From Neoechinorhynchus agilis (Eukaryota; Animalia; Acanthocephala), in assembly GCA_051530055.1 (NCBI GenBank), contig CM121341.1, positions 14,858,784 through 14,922,783 of the forward strand: 64,000 nucleotides of DNA. Direction: 5' to 3'. A program made the position numbers and the translations under genes. The notes beneath the pieces are model-generated. The model was not told the DNA's origin, did no database searches, and saw only the letters and a list, made by a program, of their open reading frames with translations. The number at the start of each line of letters is the position of its first letter. The stretch's first letter is position 1. Shown here one piece after another: positions 59,418 to 64,000 of the stretch.

Positions 59418-59854
59418 CTACATGCTTTCATCGACGCTGTCCTTCATCCAATTCCTGTCTTGCAAGCAAACTTTCACATTGAACGTCCGCTCTGGGTTAC
59501 TTGGATCGAGGTTTTGCATTGAGAAGCCGTTAAACATCATGTTAAGGTCATAATTCATTCCAAAGTACATGAGATCCTTGCACTTGAAAAGCAAACTTCT
59601 GCGCCTTGTAAATATTTCGCAATTATCCAGTGAAGATACTTGGGCAAGCATTTCAAAGAAGTTCCGAATTCTATGCATTTTCATATGTTCCATTTCATAA
59701 TCTTCTATAGCGCCCTCAGGCATGTCATCCATCATCACTATATGGATATCCAAAGTTACTAAAGGAAATCATACTTACTGTTTATTGATCTGAATGCACG
59801 AAACGGCGTCAACATCTCCTCACTTAACGAACTCGATCCAATGGAATTCGACAT
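59418..59854 (-). CDS. Two-exon orphan gene (~140 aa)
   Basis: ATG at 59854 lies 5 nt after acceptor ttctcag. A donor gtaagt and acceptor ttcctttag join SINI-TLDIHIV in frame with the 111-codon ORF ending at 59418. Confidence 0.5.
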
Positions 59855-62800
59855 CGATCCTGAGAAGAGAAAAGTAGCTGCAACAAGTAACCAGAAATTC
59901 ATTGCTGTCAGATATCGAAAGTTGAATAACTAACTTTCGACTTATATATGTGCTCATGTCGCATTTAAGGTGCACAAATATTTGCTTGCTCAACAGGAGT
60001 CCACCCTTTTGTGTTATAATACTTATCGACGTGAATCACTCACTTTAAAAGACCTTCTTTGAGCAAAAAACCGCGGGACGTATTGCAAATTCACGACTCT
60101 TTTGTTCATTTTTATATACTTTTTTGAACCATAAGACACTATTTAATTTCACTCTCAAACACAATCCTAGTGAGCGAAAACGTAAAACTACTTTGTGCAT
60201 CAAAATTAAGTTGAAAAGAAAACTTTATAAGAAAATATTGGGAATTAAAAAAGTATATCAGACGAATATAAGAAAATATCGTGAGTGTACTTGCAAACAT
60301 TTAGATCATTAACCGAGTATTTGTCACCAGGCTCAGCGTAACATTGGATGAACTTTTTTTAAATCTTACTTATACTTTAACCGACGCTTTTATAAAAAGA
60401 AAATGAGCGTCTTTTTACATAATTATGCGCCCAAAAATAAGTTAAAATTTTCTTTCATTTAGCGTGCACCAAGTTTTATTTCATCTCAAAAGATAGAGGA
60501 AATTATTACTGGCAATGTTTGCGAACATTTCTCTTGTCGAATTCAAAACACGAATTAAACCACACAAGTATCATTCCGTAACTAAAACTTGAATGTTCAA
60601 TCATTAAAAATATTATTTGATTTTTGCTTTGTAGTGAACGTTTTAATGTTAATGGAATCCGAGTGTTCAAATTGTTCCGTCAAATGTTTTTTGAAAGAAG
60701 GCTACATAAATTTTAGAATGAAGATACCACGAATTTAGTAAATGTGGCAGAGGAGCTCGGTTGCGACTAACCATTTAAAATATGATGTTTATTACGTTTA
60801 CGTAAAATTGATCAAGGATGAATGCAGATTAAGGTTAAGATATGTAGAGGTTTTCAATAGTACTTGGGTTCATCATTGTTAGTACGTGGTCAATCTAAAA
60901 AGATAATAAAAAAAATTAGCTTTAAAACTTCAAGTCGTTATATTGAGATCCGCTAAAATTGGTGGAACCTTGAACACCAATAATTCCATGCTCCACTTAA
61001 AGTGATAATAGCAAATATTGAAAAATAAAACAATGGAAAATTTCTAAAAGTTGACATATTTAAGCTTAAAGGAGCGTTAGCAAAAGGGCTAACAATAAAA
61101 TTTCGGCCACTAAATTCTTTAAACTTCTCGTCTTAAAAAATACTCGCTTTAATAAGTTTCACGCTAGAACAGACATCAGTTCCTTTGCCGCAGAAATCAC
61201 TGTTTCATTAACGCTAGATCAGAACTCAATCAAGTTCGCAAATTCATCAAAATTTTCTTTTAGCACGTGAAGGATAATTTTGTCATTAGACCTTCAAAAC
61301 TATTAGGCAAATCTTAATCTCCATAACCGGGATTACAGCGAAAGGGAAAATCATGAGAGTCTTATGAGATATCTGCTTTTAATTTTCATTTGATTCGACT
61401 CCAAGTGCGTTTCAAAAAAAGAGATTGTAGTACCGTGCTCGGCATTCTTAAAGCAGCATCAAGCGAAATGAAATTACAGAGGAAATGAAATGACGCTTCG
61501 ATTTAAAATGTAGTATACTTTTAAGCCTTTGATAATATTCAAATAAAAAGTTTTGTGTTTCTAAAAGTAAAATTTACCTTCATAGAACATAAAATCGCGT
61601 TTAAAATTTGAACTTTTTAGGCGTTCTACAATTTTCAAAAAAAATTTGCATTTTATTATCTCATTGAAATTTTTATTTATTATTTCAACACATTAAAAAT
61701 ATATAAAAGTTCCGATGGGAATGACGGATAATCTTTATCCTAGAGATTCTTAAAAATCAAACAATTTCCTCTGCATTTCTTTCACTGTAAATTGATTGAA
61801 AGTTCTATAAAACGGAGAGTGATCCCACAATTTTATTTCTCAGATGCAAGAAAGCAGTGCGTTTCCAACATTTGCATTCAATTATAAAGCCTGTTTGCTT
61901 CAGTCTTCGATCTCATCTACTACCACAAGTCTGCGATTAGTCTTTTTTAAATGTTCAATTATTCACTAGTCTAAATGAGATGTAAACGTTTCGAGCAGCG
62001 ATGATATCTATCCCCGGGCTCTTTATAAGCGGTTTGCTTTAATGGCAAGCGTTCTTAAAAACAAAACGCGCTTTCATCACAGCGTCGTTTCAACGATTTA
62101 AAAGAGTAAGTCATATTTTCGGACTGATAAGAAAAACGACTTTTGTCAAAACCTTACCAATTAATAAAAAAATGAAGTATAAAAGGAAATTCTGTACAAA
62201 TGGGCAAAATTTATGTTTAACGCCGTAAGTAAAACCTTGAGTTTCGAATATTTTTACTGTTCTTCAAAAAAGAAAAAAATTCTGTACTAATTCGTAAAGG
62301 CCGTAAACACAACGTTGATTTTCGAAAAAATACTGTCCTTCAAATAAATCAAAGATGTTTTAACTGACGGCCTCAGGAATAAGTATTGATAAAATAGAAA
62401 TCCGAGTTAAAACGAGTAGAGATTGTGTATATTTTTTACTTTATATTCAATTATAGTTATACGAAAATGAAAAGATCTTATAAAGGATTAGTTAATCTCG
62501 GAGCAGAAATCATTCACACCCCCGCTCTGGATCACTTATCTGATGTTATGGTGTAACGTTCGAAAGGACGGACTAAAAAAGACTTGGTTAATTTCCCTGT
62601 TTTCTTGTTCATGCTTCATCTTTGTTTGTACGTAGACTCAAGGCCAAATTTGGTTCGTGTGATATCTCTCTGCGATTGTGTGTTTACATGAAAGAGAGAC
62701 AAGATTGTTAGACGAATCATAAAGAGGGATTTTTTGTTTTGTTTCACTGAGTAGATTAACTGGACGACTATTTCGCAAACGGTTCCGTATGCCAAGTGTC

Positions 62801-63819
62801 AGGCTGTCTTTTTTTCGTTTTGTAGAGTATGCGTGTGAATGAACTGCTCTGGGAGCAGCAAACGGCACCGAGAGCGAGGGAACCACATTTTCGAGATATG
62901 AAAGCGCATATGCGGGGCGGCGTAACGAAATGTGGAGCGCTTGAGTTGACGCGCGTGCGTTTTCTAGTCACCGTGAGAACGGGATAAACGAGAAATTTCG
63001 TGCTCATTTATCATGCATCCCGTTCAGTATGATCGACAGGAATAATCTGGGTTTCCGAAAGGGTTTGTATGTGTGTGTGTGTGGCTGAACATACACGCAC
63101 CGAGGAGGATTCATGGATGACACACACACTCGTCTTGCATAGACTTTGAGGGAAAGGGAGATGATGAACACTCATCACACCCACTCATTCTCAACCCCGC
63201 ACACACACGAAGGGATGCAGAAAAACTTTTAGAAGAGAGTGGAAGTAAATTCTCTAAATTCACACAAGCATCCTTACAAAACAGCAAACCAGACTCCGTT
63301 CCTTCCGGCCGAGCTAATTTTACAAAGAAACGACAACAAGGTAATCGTTCATTAAAACCAAAGAACCCTTCACCGCCACACCCATCGTTAAACTTCCAAA
63401 AGGGAAAATTAGTTGCGTGCCATCGACTCTATAACATCCTCGCTTGTTTAGCAGATCAGCAAAAACATTGAACGAAACTCAGACTAAAAAAGGAATAAAT
63501 ATTATGTGCGACTATTTGCTCCTAAAATTACTGGGAGACGAGTTTGCGGGTCGTTATGCACAACTTGAGGATTTACTCAGCCAAGAACCGAGCACTCACT
63601 GCAAGACGGCCGCAATTTACTTACTAATGCACCAAGCATTAGGCCGAATCGATCAAGCAGCCTTGTTAGCCTCCTGTATTGGACTCTTTCAGGATCAGCC
63701 AGAACAACCAAACAACAATAAACCTTCGTCACCCCCGGCATTTATTTTTTGTTTACCCGATCTACTGGTGGGTTTTTTTTTGCGGGTACTGTTAAATCGC
63801 TCGGGTCTACTATTTTACA

Positions 63820-64000
63820 GCCGAAGGGGGTGGCTCTCTATCGACTGGGACGACTAGTCTAACCACGTCTAACATTATCACCAAGGAATTGAACTTTCTG
63901 AAACAACAGGCAAATGATGCCGATTTCGTAAGAGAACGTCTTTGTGGAAATCCAATCACTTCAGATCCAACAAGCATCAATGAAATGAACCGTATTGCGT
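63820..64000 (+). CDS. Probable coding exon running off the window end
   Basis: Acceptor ttttacag, then an open frame EGGGSLSTG...KELNFLKQQANDADFVRERLCGNP...NRIA to the window end. GA/CA-rich promoter-like DNA at 62850-63400. Confidence 0.3.

Overview
Eukaryotic nuclear DNA from an invertebrate animal (species not determinable here). It is AT-rich, uses the standard genetic code and has very short introns (mostly 45-51 nt). Recognisable host genes: two near-identical intronless muscle LIM protein genes, fructose-bisphosphate aldolase, VPS25, calcineurin B, Mpv17, a DDT/WHIM (CECR2/RSF1-like) chromatin protein, MRPL39 and a FAPP1/PLEKHA3-like PH protein. There are also several orphan ORFs. Much of the rest is retroelement DNA: CRE-clade RT+RLE elements (one near full length, one chimeric, two fragments), an RTE with a 5' twister ribozyme motif, CR1/L2-like fragments, a mariner relic and two tandem arrays (108 bp and ~165 bp units). 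The most notable signal is a set of 110-220 bp mini-retroelements, mostly TSD-flanked and mostly palindromic. They carry minimal hammerhead ribozyme cores with covarying stems. The four palindromic ones also carry a ~23-24 nt leader (…ATATTTAAAAACTWACAAG), which also caps the 5' ends of two CRE retrotransposons. This leader is a candidate host spliced-leader exon captured by reverse transcription. All alignments were done by eye; no database searches were run.
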